Part shown: in pieces, positions 49,068 through 61,889 of the stretch
How positions within the stretch are numbered: the first letter of the stretch is position 1
Layout of the letters: every line of letters begins with the position of its first letter
Assembly: GCF_009914755.1 (NCBI RefSeq)
Contig: NC_060943.1
Origin: the human T2T-CHM13v2.0 reference genome, Homo sapiens
DNA: 64,000 nt
Direction: 5' to 3' (one strand)
Program-made: the position numbers and the translations under genes
The notes under the pieces: model-generated
Told to the model about the DNA's origin: nothing
The model's database searches: none
The model's input: the letters and a program-made list of their open reading frames with translations, nothing else

Positions 49068-49241
49068 ATTTTTTGTTTGTTTGTTTGTTTTTGAGATGGA
49101 GTTTCACTCTTGTCGCCCAGGTTGGAGTGCAATGGCGTGATCTCGGCTCACTGCAACCTCCACCTCCAGTGATTCAAGTAATTCTCCTGCCTCAGCCTCC
49201 CGATTAGCTGGGATTACAGGCATGAGCCACCAGGCCCGGCC
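49068..49241 (-). mobile_element. Internally deleted intronic Alu
   Basis: Right arm joined to the left-arm 5' end. Confidence 0.8.
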
Positions 49242-49259
49242 CTCACCCCCATTTTGTAC

Positions 49260-50780
49260 ACTCTCTGCCATTCATTTACCCTGACAACTTACCGTCCTTC
49301 ACAATCCAATGGTACTGCTTTCCATAAGAGATGCTCCAACCTCATCCTCACCACTTCTTGCCACCCAGCTGTTCCTCTCCCCACATTTCCTGTATGACAT
49401 CCAGCACCTCCATCCTCCATCCTTTGCCATCCCATAGTGCAACCAGCTCTGCCCTTCCCAGCTCCTATTCACCATGATCCTCTGTCATCTTCCACTCTGT
49501 GCCATTTCGGGGCCCTACAGCACAACTCAACTCCATCACTGTCCATAGCTCATCAATGATGACTCATCTTCTACAACCCAATGGTGCCATCATCTTTCAT
49601 CGTCCACCATCCAACACCATCATCTTCCACCATCCAATAACAGTGCCACTGCTACCACCCACTGCTGGTAACTCACTACCTTCTGCCGTCCCGAGTTCCA
49701 CCCAACACCATCATCTTCCATCATCCACCACCATCCCCTCTTGGTAACTCATCCTTAACCATTCAGTGATGGCATCTTCCACTGACTGTCTTCATTCCCC
49801 ACTACTCAACCATTCCTCTTTGCAGTCTCCTTTCCTACCACCCAGTGGTGCCATCCAACCACATCATTCTCTGCCATCTTCCATCCTTCACAACTCAATG
49901 GTGCCATTTTCCACCATCCATCACTAACAATTCATCACTCTCCACCATCCAAGGGTACTATCTTCCACTGACATTCTCCATTCCCCATCATCTGCCTTGT
50001 TCTAATCCCATCCTCCACCATCAAAATGGTGCCATCCAAAATTGTTATCCTCTGCCACCATTTGCCATCCAATGTACCATCTTTCCCTGATGTTTTACAT
50101 TTTCTAAAATCTCCTTTCCCAACCCCATCTTCCTCAATCTTGTACCACCCATTGGTTTATACCATTGACTATTGTTTACTGTCCTTTCTTAGTCCTAGTA
50201 TTTCCCATTGATTTTCTCCACCCCCTGCTGGCCAAACATTTGCCCTTCTCCAATTCTGTCTTCCTCCATCCATCACTGATAAAGCATCACCCTTCACTGA
50301 CCCAAACTACCACATTCCACTGACATTCTCCATCCTGTTATGCGAATGTTCTTCTCTCCAATTCCAGATTCCACCCCTCCAAGGGCACCATCTTGCACTG
50401 CTCACAGCACAATGCCCGGTGATTGCTGTTCATTCAGCAGCCTTCACCATCCTTTGGCATCATCTTGGCCAACATTCCCCATCCTCTATCATCCCCTCAC
50501 TGCGTTCTCTACCATCGTCGATCTTCCACCACTAACTTTGATCCTTTGTCACCCAACAGGGCCACCTTCCACTATGAGTCTTCATCTGTTGCCACCTAAT
50601 ACCTGGCCTTTCTCCCTCCACCTGACACTGCAGTCCTTCATTGAGCCAACACCATCCATACTCATCTCTCCTCACCCAACGGTGCCAGTCCCCACCATCT
50701 GACTCTCCTTGTCCACCGTCTACCACCCCTCACCCTCAATCCCTCAAGTCCCTTTCAGCCCTTTAACATCATCCTCCACA
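49260..50780 (+). repeat. G-poor, CCATC/CCACC-rich low-complexity intronic tract
   Basis: Recurrent catcttccacc, ccaccatcc and atggtgccat words. Confidence 0.7.
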
Positions 50781-51062
50781 GGTGGCTGCTTCCAGAGGAA
50801 AGCCCCATTCACTTCCTTGAATATCATCCCCTGGGGCCATGTTCCCTAGTGAGTGGAGACACTGCAGGGTCAGCACAGAGATAAGACCCTCTCTTCCACC
50901 TATGTGGCAGTAGAAGCAAGTGGCCAACTGGTCAGCTGACACTTCTCCTGATTCCCAATGCTTATGCCTAACCCTTGGCCTTTGTATCCATCACCAACCA
51001 GGGCAGCCCTTTCCAGATCACTAAGGCTCCAGCCCCTCCCGCCAGTCTGTCTCTTCACTCAC

Positions 51063-51188
51063 CCGGGCATCTGTGACCTTGAACTCTCGCAGGATATACT
51101 GAGGCATGTTGTATTCTGCCATCGGATCTACCACAAAGTACTGGTAGCGGGCAGAGCGCTCGGCCGGCCAGTACTGGTGACACTTCTC
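51063..51188 (-). CDS. PTPRS: PTPRS D2 exon (126 nt)
   Basis: [18 protein letters not shown]...VTDAR; GT-AG. Confidence 0.97.
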
Positions 51189-51272
51189 CTGTGGAGGAGA
51201 TGGCGGCCGTGGTCAGCGCTGTCTGAGCCACAGTCTGGCCCTCGCCCTTCCCTGCTGTGGCCCCTAGCTCAC

Positions 51273-51399
51273 CCGGCCCATCTCCCGCAGCTTGGTCAGC
51301 ATCACCACGATCGTCGAATTGTTCTCCCACAGCATGCGCCAGAAGTCTTCCGTGGTCTCCGCCAGCGGCCCCTGTGTCGCGATGTAGGCCTTCTGCTGC
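51273..51399 (-). CDS. PTPRS: PTPRS D2 exon (127 nt)
   Basis: [25 protein letters not shown]...EMGR; GT-AG. Confidence 0.97.
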
Positions 51400-51775
51400 C
51401 TGCAGGCGTTGGGGGTATGAGCCCAGGGCCGGCAGGGAGACCCGGCGTGGTACTCACCTGATGCTGCCCGGGAGGGTCAGGACCAAGCCAGTGACAGCTA
51501 CACCTACCACCCCACTGCCTGCCAGGAATGGCTGCTGGGTGCACCACTTCCCCTCCTGGTGATCCCATTTTGCATGTGGGGAAACCACCAGTCTCATGAC
51601 AAATTCAAATCCCTTGACAAAGCTGCGGGACTATCCACTAACCTCTCCTGATTTCTTCCCTCCATCTCCTTCAAGGGCCACTGCCCTACTTTCAGTTGCT
51701 TGCGTGGGCCAAGCTCTCAGCCCCGGGCCTTTGCACATGTGGCACCCTCTGCCAGGAACACCCTCCCCTCCTTTG

Positions 51776-51958
51776 CCAGGATTTCTCAATCTCAGTGCTA
51801 TTGACATTTGGCGCTGGATTGTTCTCTGAGACAAGCTGTTCTGTGTACTGTAGGATGCTGAGCAGCATGCCTGGTCCCCACCCAGGCAGTACCAGTAGTA
51901 CTCATGAAAATAAGAAATATCCTCAGGGTGTCAGAATTACCCCAATTGAGAACCACTG
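51776..51958 (-). mobile_element. MER20 DNA transposon
   Basis: tttctcaatctcagtgctattgacatttgg...ccccaattgagaaccactg. Confidence 0.8.
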
Positions 51959-52183
51959 ATAGAACAGATGGAATCACATTATGGACAGCAGCCATCAGTT
52001 AAACACACACCCAAAGATTCACGGACAGCAGCCATCAGTTAAATATACATCTAAAGATGTGTATTTAAACAGCTCAGGGCTACCAGTATCTCCCCAGCTC
52101 TGTCTCCCACAAGACTGGAGGCCTCTTGAGAGTAGAGATGGGCTCCTTCTGGGGCCCTGAGGTGGGAAAGGCATGGCACCTAC

Positions 52184-52362
52184 CTGTAGCCATCAATGAA
52201 GCTGGCGTTGATGTAGTCAGAGCCCTCCACACCCCGGATGGGTTGCAGACAGACCCGTGTGCTCTCATAGGGCATGATGTTCACCAGGCGGTTCTTGAAC
52301 TTGTTACAAGGCAGATTGGCACTGATGAAGCGTGACGTGTGGGCCTTGGAGTTAGCCAGCCG
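52184..52362 (-). CDS. PTPRS: PTPRS D2 exon (179 nt), KNRL
   Basis: [12 protein letters not shown]...[11 protein letters not shown]...[11 protein letters not shown]; GT-AG. Confidence 0.97.
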
Positions 52363-52558
52363 CTGTGGGGAGGAGGAAGCCAGAGGCCACCATCAGGATG
52401 AGGAAGGCTATGCTTTCAGCTGGAGCACCAATGGTGGATAGGTAGGTAGGGGCACCCTGCCACCACCTTCTAGTCCCCATTGCTCGAGGCGGGCCTGATT
52501 TTCGGCTCTTTGGGCCTCCTCCCCACCCCGCCCACAGCAGCCTCCACCCCGCTGGCAC

Positions 52559-52844
52559 CTTGAACTCGAGTTCCATGCCAGTGACGTGTTCGCCAGGCTC
52601 CACCTGGGCCAGCTTCTGGATGTAGGCATAGAGGCTGCGTGCGGGCACTTCTGTGTTGCCACAGCCCACGGCCTCCAGCAGGGCCTCGTGGATGAAGCTG
52701 TACTGGTCCTCCGTCTGCACCATGTAGTTGCGCTGGGACCTCATGAGCGTCACGTGGCCATAGACATCGACTGTCTTCTCTGGCTTGATCCGCTCAAGCA
52801 TGGCGTCGATGACGATAAAGCAGCCTGTGCGGCCCACACCGGCA
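52559..52844 (-). CDS. PTPRS: PTPRS D1 exon (286 nt), AGVGRTG and Q-loop
   Basis: [17 protein letters not shown]...MELEFK; GT-AG. Confidence 0.97.
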
Positions 52845-52930
52845 CTGCAGGGACAGCCACGTGGCGTTCAGGGGCTGCTGGGCTGCGGGGACCGGGGGGA
52901 AGCGGATGGGGCAGAGTGGGGTGGACGTAC

Positions 52931-53085
52931 CTGCAGTGAACCACGATGGGGCCGGCATCTGGCGGGTTGCAGGTCTTGACTCTCCGCAGGAAAGCCAGGA
53001 AGGGCGTTGGGTATTCGGGCACGCCATGGTCCGGCCACGCCGTAAACTGGAACTGGCGGACCTCGCGTTTCTCACTGGAGCCATT
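52931..53085 (-). CDS. PTPRS: PTPRS D1 exon (155 nt), WPD loop and VHCS
   Basis: [10 protein letters not shown]...PIVVHCS; GT-AG. Confidence 0.97.
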
Positions 53086-53106
53086 CTGGGGACCACAAGG
53101 ATGTCA

Positions 53107-54275
<1,169 letters not shown>

Positions 54276-54374
54276 CCAAGAATTCTCACTCTTGTCCATG
54301 TACTCAGTTTTCTGGCACTTAGGTCAAGCAGGTGCCTGACGGTGAGATGACCTGGCTGGGTGTTGGGGATACAT

Positions 54375-54460
54375 CACGGTGCCAGTAGCACCTCCCCTCC
54401 CCATCATGACAATAACAAATGTCTCCTGGATGGCAGAATTGTCCTAATTCAGAACCACAG
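54375..54460 (-). mobile_element. MER20 fragment
   Basis: gccagtagcacctcccc...atgacaataacaaatgtctcc...cagaaccacag. Confidence 0.65.
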
Positions 54461-54954
54461 ATGGAGAAAAACAGATGGAACCGCACTATGGACAGCAGCC
54501 ATCAGTTAAATACATATCTAAAAGATCTTCTCCATCCCAGTCCTGACTTTGCAGGGCTGCCAATATCTGTCCATCTCTGTCTGGAGACTCCTTGAAGGCA
54601 GGGCTGGGGCCCTGCTGAGGCCCCCATCATAGGCTCAAGCTGGGTGAGGCCAGAGGACAAGTGGGCAAAGAGGACCTGGGGCATGAGTAAAGGCAAGAAG
54701 AAATCAGGCTCATTGCTGAGTTGGGCTCTGCCGGCTTTGTTCTCCTGCCGTGGGTGGAAACAAGCAGTGTCCTCTCTGAGCCTCAGTTTCCCCCTCCACG
54801 GAAGTGGGTTCCATGAGAATGTAGTCAGCCTGGGTAGACACGCTCCGCTTTCTCTCTGTCCCATGGGGAGCTCCCTGGGTAGAAGCTGGGGCCCTCTGCC
54901 TCCCTTCCAACACATTCCTCCACCCTCAGCCCCCAGCCCCAGCCTGGGCCCCAC

Positions 54955-55074
54955 CTTGTGCAGAGAGAATGTCCTGACGCAGAATGTGGCCAGCTCGATG
55001 GTATCTAGCAACGTGACCTGGATGAAGCCGTAGGTCTCCGTGCCTCTGTTGGGCCAATACTGATCACACTTGAT
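54955..55074 (-). CDS. PTPRS: PTPRS D1 exon (120 nt), KCDQYWP
   Basis: cag|ATCAAG...CACAAG|gtggg. Confidence 0.97.
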
Positions 55075-55154
55075 CTGTATCGGGCAAGAGAACAGGTGTC
55101 AGCAGGGACAGGCTGACTGGCAGGGGCTTGAGGGCCGTGGGGTCCAAGGCTCAC

Positions 55155-55330
55155 CCGTGACTTCTCCTCCAGCCGCGTCATCATGACGATGGTCGCCGAC
55201 CGCTGCTCCCACACCATACGCCAGAAGTCCCCAAAGGTCTCAGGCAGCGGCCCCTGCGTGGCAATGTACGCGTTCTGACGCCGGTAGCCGTCCACGTAGT
55301 TGGCATTGATGTAATCACTGCCCATGATGC
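55155..55330 (-). CDS. PTPRS: PTPRS D1 exon (176 nt), DYINAN/IATQGP
   Basis: [25 protein letters not shown]...EEKSR; GT-AG. Confidence 0.97.
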
Positions 55331-55464
55331 CTGCAGCCAGGGCGAGAGGCCAGGGATCTGTGGGGGCTGTCTTGCTAGTTTGGCTCTGTGTGGCCAACCA
55401 CTTCCTGGAAGTTCACTCTGACCGCTCCCAGATTGTCCCCAAGGTGACCATGGGACGTGTACTT

Positions 55465-55681
55465 CACAGTTTCTCCCCCTCAGCGCCATCACCATTTGGG
55501 GCCAGATCGCCCTCTGTGGCGGGGCCATTCTGGGCACTGCAGGGTGCTGAGCAGCATCCCTGGCCTCCGCCCACTCCACGCCAGCAACATTTCTTCCCTT
55601 CAAGTTGTGACAACCAAAGATGTCCCTGGACATTGCCAGATGTCCCCTGGGCAGCAAAACTGCTCTGATTGGTCACAACTG
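55465..55681 (-). mobile_element. MER20 DNA transposon
   Basis: agcagcatccctggcctc...gttgtgacaaccaaagatgtccctggacattgccagatgtcccctgg. Confidence 0.85.
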
Positions 55682-55882
55682 ATGCAGAAGGACAGATGAA
55701 GCCATGTTAGAGAGAGCAGCCATCAGTTAAATACATATCTAAAGATGCCCAGTGGCCTCCAGTTGGAGCTGGACCAGGTCTATGACCAGAATCAGGCCTC
55801 AGTGGCCCAAGGGGAGACATGGGATCTAGCACTTTCCATGCAGTGGGGAAGGGCAGGTTAAGACCCGGGATCTCCGAACTAC

Positions 55883-56006
55883 CTTCAATGGGCTGGAGGA
55901 TGACACGGGAGTGGTCATAGGCGATGACGTTGGCATAGCGGTTCTTCGGCTTGTTCACTTCCAGGTTGGAATGTTCCCATGTGAACTGCTGTCCAGGGTC
56001 GATGGA
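55883..56006 (-). CDS. PTPRS: PTPRS D1 exon (124 nt), KNRY loop
   Basis: [27 protein letters not shown]; GT-AG. Confidence 0.97.
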
Positions 56007-56091
56007 CTACAGAGGAAGGGGAGAGCGCGGGTGTCAGGGTAGGTGCCTGTGAGGCCGAGGTGATGAGGGTGGGAGGCGGGGGTGGGCTCAC

Positions 56092-56189
56092 CTCATACTC
56101 CTGGGAGAGCTTGAGGCTGTCGTTGGCCTTGAGCCGCTCCGTGTGCTCCGCCATGTCTGCGATGGGAATTGGCGGGTGGCTAAGCATGC
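56092..56189 (-). CDS. PTPRS: PTPRS wedge-region exon (98 nt)
   Basis: [32 protein letters not shown]; GT-AG. Confidence 0.97.
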
Positions 56190-57313
56190 CTACAGGGTGG
56201 AGCAGACCCCGCCGGGGTTGGTCACTTGGGGGGCCAGCCGGGGACTCGGGGGAGGGGGGTGATCTACGTGTGAGTCTGCGATGGGTGAGCTGTGGTTAGA
56301 AGGGCATGGCCGGGGTGGGGCTTGGCAGGAGGGGAAGACTCAGGGTGGCTCATGAAGGGGCTGGGACCCCAGGCCTAGGGGACTCTAAAGGCAGCAGGTT
56401 TGAGGCCCTCTGCTCCGTGCAGAGGCTGACACCCCTGGAGGGGCCTGGATCACAGCATTGGCCCATCCTGTTTCCTTCCAACCAAGCTGGGGGTGCAGGG
56501 GCTGGCAGAAGGGTCACCCCAGAGGATGTCAAGCTCCCAGTGCCTCGAGCCAAGAAGCAAGTGTGTGGCACAGAAATTAAATTGCAGACGCAGCCGGCTG
56601 TGCTTTGGAAATACTGTCCTTGGGTGGGCGACTGACACCCCTTTCTGTCCCTCTGGGATCAGAGGCACGAAATCCGCTTCCAGGTAGAGGCGACAGACTA
56701 GGGAGGGGAAACAGTATGTGTGTGTGTACGTGAGAGGAGTGAGGGGTCCCCATCTGTCCCTGCGCTTGCTTGGGGCAGGAGCAGGTGCAAGAAGGCCCTG
56801 GCCTGAGAGCTCTTATCCTTTCAAGCCCCCTAGGATGGCTGCCGAAGGTGCTGGGTGTGGGCTCGGTTCTCCCTTCCCGATATCTGGGTCTGCAGAACCC
56901 TGACCTCTCCTGGGACCTGTGTACCGGATGTTCAGCTCTCAGGTGGTTTCCAGACCAGCTGGTAACATTTAATGTTCTGAGACTTCCATGTGTCCCTAGC
57001 TGTCCTGGGTGCCCCCCAAGAGCTCACATCTAAGGGGCCTGCCTGTCCTGTGGGCACGTCCTGGGTACATACGTGCCTCACCCACATCCCTGACACACAC
57101 ATACACACCACACACACAGCAGTCACACACAGCCACCTGAGGGCCCAATGGACCAACCCCCTGCCCTCTTCCAGGAGCCAGCACAAGACAGGTGGGCAAA
57201 GGCCGGTGATGGGTGGGCGTGTGGACAGAGACAGGAGACACGATGGAGAAACCAAAGAGGAAATGAACGGGGGCGGGGGCGAAAGGAAGCCAAAAACAGA
57301 CACAAGAACTAAC

Positions 57314-57361
57314 TTTCAAAGTGAAACCCCGGCTCCCTGAGGGGGCTCCTGAGGCCTGAAT
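57314..57361 (-). CDS. PTPRS: PTPRS 48-nt alternative exon (DSGLRSPLREPGFHFE)
   Basis: tgcag|ATTCAGG...TTTGAAA|gttagt; symmetric phase 1. Confidence 0.88.
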
Positions 57362-57759
57362 CTGCAAACAGCAAACAATAAATAAATGAAAACATGCAGG
57401 GGGTAGGGGGGGGTCCCACCTCTGCCTCCCCCACCCCTCACTGGCTGGCGGATGCAAAGGGCAGAGCAACGCGGACAACGGGGGGTATGTACAGCCACCT
57501 GGGCCCCCACCTGAGGACTCACGATAGCTGCTAACTGTGTACCCCTCTGGCTGGACACCAGTCAATCCTGGTCTTGACCCGTCACTCTGGAAGGACTCCA
57601 AAGTGCTAGGTTCTTCTGTCTACAGATCCCCTCCCCCAGACCAGCCTGGCCTTGGGTCCCCTCTGTTGAGGTCAGCAGAGGGCATTCTGAGGAAGGAGGA
57701 TGCAGGATGGTGAAGGAGAAGCTGGGGGAGCAGGGAAAGGACATATGGGCCCATGCCAT

Positions 57760-58830
57760 GAGCTTCAAGGAGGACAGCAACCATCAGTTAAATGCACATG
57801 TTGAAAATCCTTATTTGGATGGAAACACAACAGACATCAGCTAGTCCAGAGACAGAAATGAGATGGGAGCACATTAGCGGTGAATTGTGAGACTCTGCAT
57901 GATCCCTTCAGGAGACTGCAGCCGTCAGTTACATGCACATTTAAAATTCTCATTTGGCTGAAAAACCAAAGCAACACGAATCAGTACAGAGGAAAGAAAG
58001 GGAAGAGAATACACGAGGGGTGATACATGAGGCCCTGCATGATCCCTTTATGAGGACAGCAGCCATCAGTTAAATACTAATGGTCAAACTCCTCATTTGG
58101 ATGAAAACAGAAGTGACACAAGCCAGTCCAGAGACAAAAAAAAAGAAAGTACATCAGGAATGGCATGTGAGGCTATGCATGAGGCTTTAAGGAGGACTAA
58201 AGACATCAGTGAAATACAAATGTTTAAAATCTTCATTTGGTTGGAAAATAGAGTTGATATGAACCAGTTCAGAGATACGAAGTGGAGACCGGGTACAGTT
58301 GGAAGGACAGATGTAACTTGGCTGTGAACCCATAAGGAGAATAGCAGCCATCAGTAAAATGAAAAATTCCTTATTTGGTTAGAAGCAGCTGGCATGAGCC
58401 CATGAAGAGGGAGGAGATGGTAGAGTTTGTGAATCATACATGAAAATGATCAAGGATAAGGCCTTGATTCAGTTCTCCTGGACTGTCAGGTGACTTTAAT
58501 CTACAGGGAACTATAAAGAGGCATGAACCCTGGCAGCCATGGTGGGAAGAGGTACAGGGCATTGGGCAGGTATAATTTCTGTACCTTGCTAGGGATATAT
58601 CCCAAGGGAGTGTGGAAAATGGCTGAGGGCAAACCTCAACTCCCACCACCGAGGAACATTAAAACCAGAGACATAAACAGAAGAATAGCTCTTTCTGCCC
58701 AAAGAAATGAGGGGTTTATTTGTGTTTTCTCCATTTTTTAAACATCGTCTTTAGGCTCCTGAAGAGGACAGCAGCCATTGGTTAAATGTTAACTTTAAAA
58801 AAAAAAAAGCCTCACTTGGTTGTAAGCAGA
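57760..58830 (+). repeat. Degenerate ~141-bp tandem array
   Basis: Core gacagcagccatcagttaaat...aaat..ctcatttgg at 57782, 57923, 58064, 58204, 58349 and 58776. Confidence 0.8.
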
Positions 58831-59013
58831 ACCAACCTATGAGTTCCAAGCCCAGATCCATGTAGGGTTGGAGGTATTTGGGAATCCAGAATGTGGCTGC
58901 ACCAAGCATAGTTCAGAGGGGGCCAATGAGGGGCCCCCAGGGTGGCAGCTACTGCTTCTCCCCAGCTATCTCCCCTGTTGGTGGCATCCCTGGTACCAGG
59001 GATAAGTACATAC

Positions 59014-59126
59014 CTGGAGTCTGGAAGTTAATGCGTCTCATTTCCACAGGGTCCTTGGGGTGGTGAGGGGCGAGGTCGGCATTGTTCAGGAGGCATTTGG
59101 TGCGGGGTTCTGAGTCCTTGCGTTTA
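59014..59126 (-). CDS. PTPRS: PTPRS exon (113 nt), KRKDSEPRTK...RINFQTP
   Basis: aaag|TAAACG...CCAG|gtatgt. Confidence 0.96.
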
Positions 59127-59380
59127 CTTTAGGAGAAGCAAGCGGAACAGTCCAGTTAGTAGTGGCACATGTTCATGTGTGAACACAATTCAGGCCCCAG
59201 GAATGCATGGTAAGAAAAGGACCATGGACCCGTATGACTAGGGTTTCCAGGACCAAGTACAGCTACGTGTACAAGCTGTGGGGGCAGCCGGGCATCCCCT
59301 CTCCTGTGGGCACACTATCAGCCCATTCCCTGTCCTCTTCCTCTTGCCTGAAGCCTCCACGGGGGAGGGCTGGTTCTTAC

Positions 59381-59392
59381 CTGTCGGGTTTG
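59381..59392 (-). CDS. PTPRS: PTPRS 12-nt juxtamembrane microexon (N-KPD-S)
   Basis: gaacag|CAAACCCGACAG|gtaaga; frame-preserving. Confidence 0.9.
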
Positions 59393-59689
59393 CTGTTCCC
59401 GAAAGCAGACACAGGTGAGAAGGGGGAAAAAAAGAAGAAAGGTGAGGGTGTGCCGGCCATCAAGGGCTTGTTCTGTGACTCTCAGTGCCTTCCTTAACCT
59501 CTGTGAGCTTTGGTCTCCTCTGGAAAATGGTGCTCATATTTCCTGTTTGTCCCCCTGCCTATCGACACCACAAGGAGGCTTATCTCAGCCCTGGGATGTG
59601 CCCCATGGGGCCACTACAATTGCTATCCTCATTGAACTGGACACAGGCAGCCTCTACCCCAAATCTTGCTGAGTTGAAGATAGGGGTTA

Positions 59690-59800
59690 AGAGGAGAAGC
59701 CAAGCCACTGGCCTGCTTTGAGCCCTAGCTCTGCCATTCCCATGCTGTGTGACCTTGATCAAGTGGCTTAACCTCTCTGAACTTCGGTTTCCCCATGTGT
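59690..59800 (+). mobile_element. MIR fragment
   Basis: gctgtgtgaccttgatcaagtggcttaacctctctgaacttcggtttcccca. Confidence 0.75.
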
Positions 59801-59903
59801 ACAACAGAGACCTTTAGTGATGATTCTCTGAGACAACTCCTCCCTCCTTTTCCAGGAAGCCCTCCCTGCTGTCAAGTCAAGTCGGGGAGGACATGGGGCT
59901 TAC

Positions 59904-60061
59904 TTCTTGTAGAGCAGGATAGCAATGACAATGCAGATTATGAAGACCACGGCCAGCACAGGCCCGATCACCCAGATAAGCCCCTCCTCGCCATCCACGA
60001 TGGGCTGGGGGTCCGGGTTATCCAGCTGGAAGGGGTCTGAGAAGGGACTGGCTGCAAAGGT
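59904..60061 (-). CDS. PTPRS: PTPRS transmembrane exon (158 nt)
   Basis: [25 protein letters not shown]; cag|ACCTTT...AAGAA|gtaag. Confidence 0.97.
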
Positions 60062-60532
60062 CTGCAGGGAAAGGAGGGGGGTCTCCATCAGTGTCCACCC
60101 TCCTTGTAGTGGCCAGATGGGTCTTTCTCAAACATGAACCTACGTTTCTCCCCCGCTCTAGATCCTCCTATATTCCTAGAACCTTGACCCTGGTGGCCTA
60201 TGTGACCTGGTCCCTGCCAATCTTTGCTCTCCCCATTCCCTTCTCTGCTCCAGCCACTCTCCTTTCTGTACCTCCAGACCTTTGCACATGCAAATCCTGG
60301 GATGCTTTTTCTTTGTTGAACTCCTACTCACCCCTCAACGCCCCAGCTCCAAGGTCTCTTCCTCTAAGAAACCTTCGTTTCAGGATCCCTCCGCTCCCAA
60401 GTCTTCCCCTCTGCCCAGCTCTGACCACAGGGAGCTGCCTGTGACTGACCACAGAGGTCAGGGCCCTGGGGAATGGGGTCTGCCTCATTCAGAGGTGTGT
60501 CTGGATGTGGGCGGACACCATTCAGGACTTAC

Positions 60533-60748
60533 AGGCTCGCTCTTCTGAAGCACGGCAAGCACGAAGAGGACATAGCGGTGGCCGGGCTCCAGGCCCCGGT
60601 TATCGAAGCCGCCATACTGCTTCTGGTCGCCGGGATGGAACGTGGGTGGCAGCACAGAGAAGCGAGCTGCAATATAGGGCCGGGGCACCTCCAGCTGACG
60701 CGAGTGCCGCAGGCTGCGCCTCTGTAGCCGTGAGATGTCCTGGATGAG
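60533..60748 (-). CDS. PTPRS: PTPRS exon (216 nt) with furin-type site RRSLRHSR/QLEV
   Basis: cag|CTCATC...GAGCCT|gtaagt. Confidence 0.97.
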
Positions 60749-60853
60749 CTGCGGGAACAGAGTCATGGGTGGCTCAGAGCTCAGCTGGGAGCAACAGAGC
60801 ACGTGAAAACTGGAATGCATCTGGGCCCTGCGGGTTGGGCCCCAGGCCCTCAC

Positions 60854-60947
60854 CTCTTCCAGATCCATGTCCTCTGGGCTACCCAGCGGGGTCAGGAATT
60901 GGCCTCCACGAGACTTGCGCAGTGGCACCATCACAATGAAATAGCTC
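60854..60947 (-). CDS. PTPRS: PTPRS exon (94 nt), SYFIVMVPLRK...DMDLEE
   Basis: cag|GAGC...GAG|gtgag. Confidence 0.97.
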
Positions 60948-61593
60948 CTGTAGGGAGATGGGAAAGAGTCAGAGGGGCTGTCGATAGGGATGACCAAGGG
61001 ATGCTTCATGGGGGCAAACGGGGGAAGCCGTTTCTCTGAGTCTTCCCTTCTGTTCATACAATGAGCCTATTCCCCTATGCCCCATCCACAAACGCCACAG
61101 TTGCTGACTCAGGCCTCCAGGCCTTGGATGATGCTGTACTTTCTGCGTAGAAGGCTTACTTCATGTAATGCTCATTGTTAAACTCCTATACATCCTTCAA
61201 AGCTCCAGCTTCAATGCCCACATAACCTTGTAGCCCTTAAATCTTCTCTGCCTCTGAGGCAGAGTGCTCCTCTCCCCACTGGGGACTCTCAGCTTTGCCT
61301 CCCCACTAGTTGGGAAGCCCAGAACCAAATCCTTTCAGGGGCCCTAGTAATACCCAGTGGAGGGTCAGGCATATGGGGTATCAGGAAATGCTAGAAGAGC
61401 AGACACAGGACACATTTAGTGACAATGACCCATGAGAAGCATTGAATCTTGGATGACCCCATGAACTAGGGCTGATAGGGTCTGTGTTTCATAGGCAAGG
61501 AAATTGAGGCACAGAGAGGGCACGTGGCTTGCCCCAGCCATATAGTAGGCTGATGGGGGTGACAAGGAACCCGGAGCATGGGGGTGAGCATAC

Positions 61594-61847
61594 TGGACAG
61601 GCACGGGGCTCTGGCCGTCAGGAAGATACACCATGATGAAGCCGTCAGCATCAGGCTTGGGGGCGACGCTGGGCTTGCCGTTGAGCAGGTTGAAGGCAGT
61701 CCAGGCGGTGACCGTCTGCTGGAGGCCGCCCAGGCTGCTGCCGCGATTGGTCAGCACAAAGTTGTAGAAGGTGTGGGGCTTGAGGTGCGTGATGAGCTTC
61801 TTGGTGGTACGGCCATCCACATCCAGTGTGAGCCCATTGTACTGGAT
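61594..61847 (-). CDS. PTPRS: PTPRS exon (254 nt), IQYNGLTLDVDGR...SPVPVQ
   Basis: cag|ATCCAG...GTCCA|gtatg. Confidence 0.97.
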
Positions 61848-61889
61848 CTGCGGACCAGGGCTAGCTCAGCAGGGTCTGGTGGGCTCATG

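Noticed and set aside
57760-58450. CRISPR-like array (conserved core with variable spacers)
   Set aside because: Eukaryotic intron, spacers are homologous to each other, cores degenerate, no cas genes; it is a decayed tandem repeat
58455-58520. Possible extra juxtamembrane exon (ccctgtag|attaaagtcacctg...)
   Set aside because: No convincing GT donor at a frame-preserving distance
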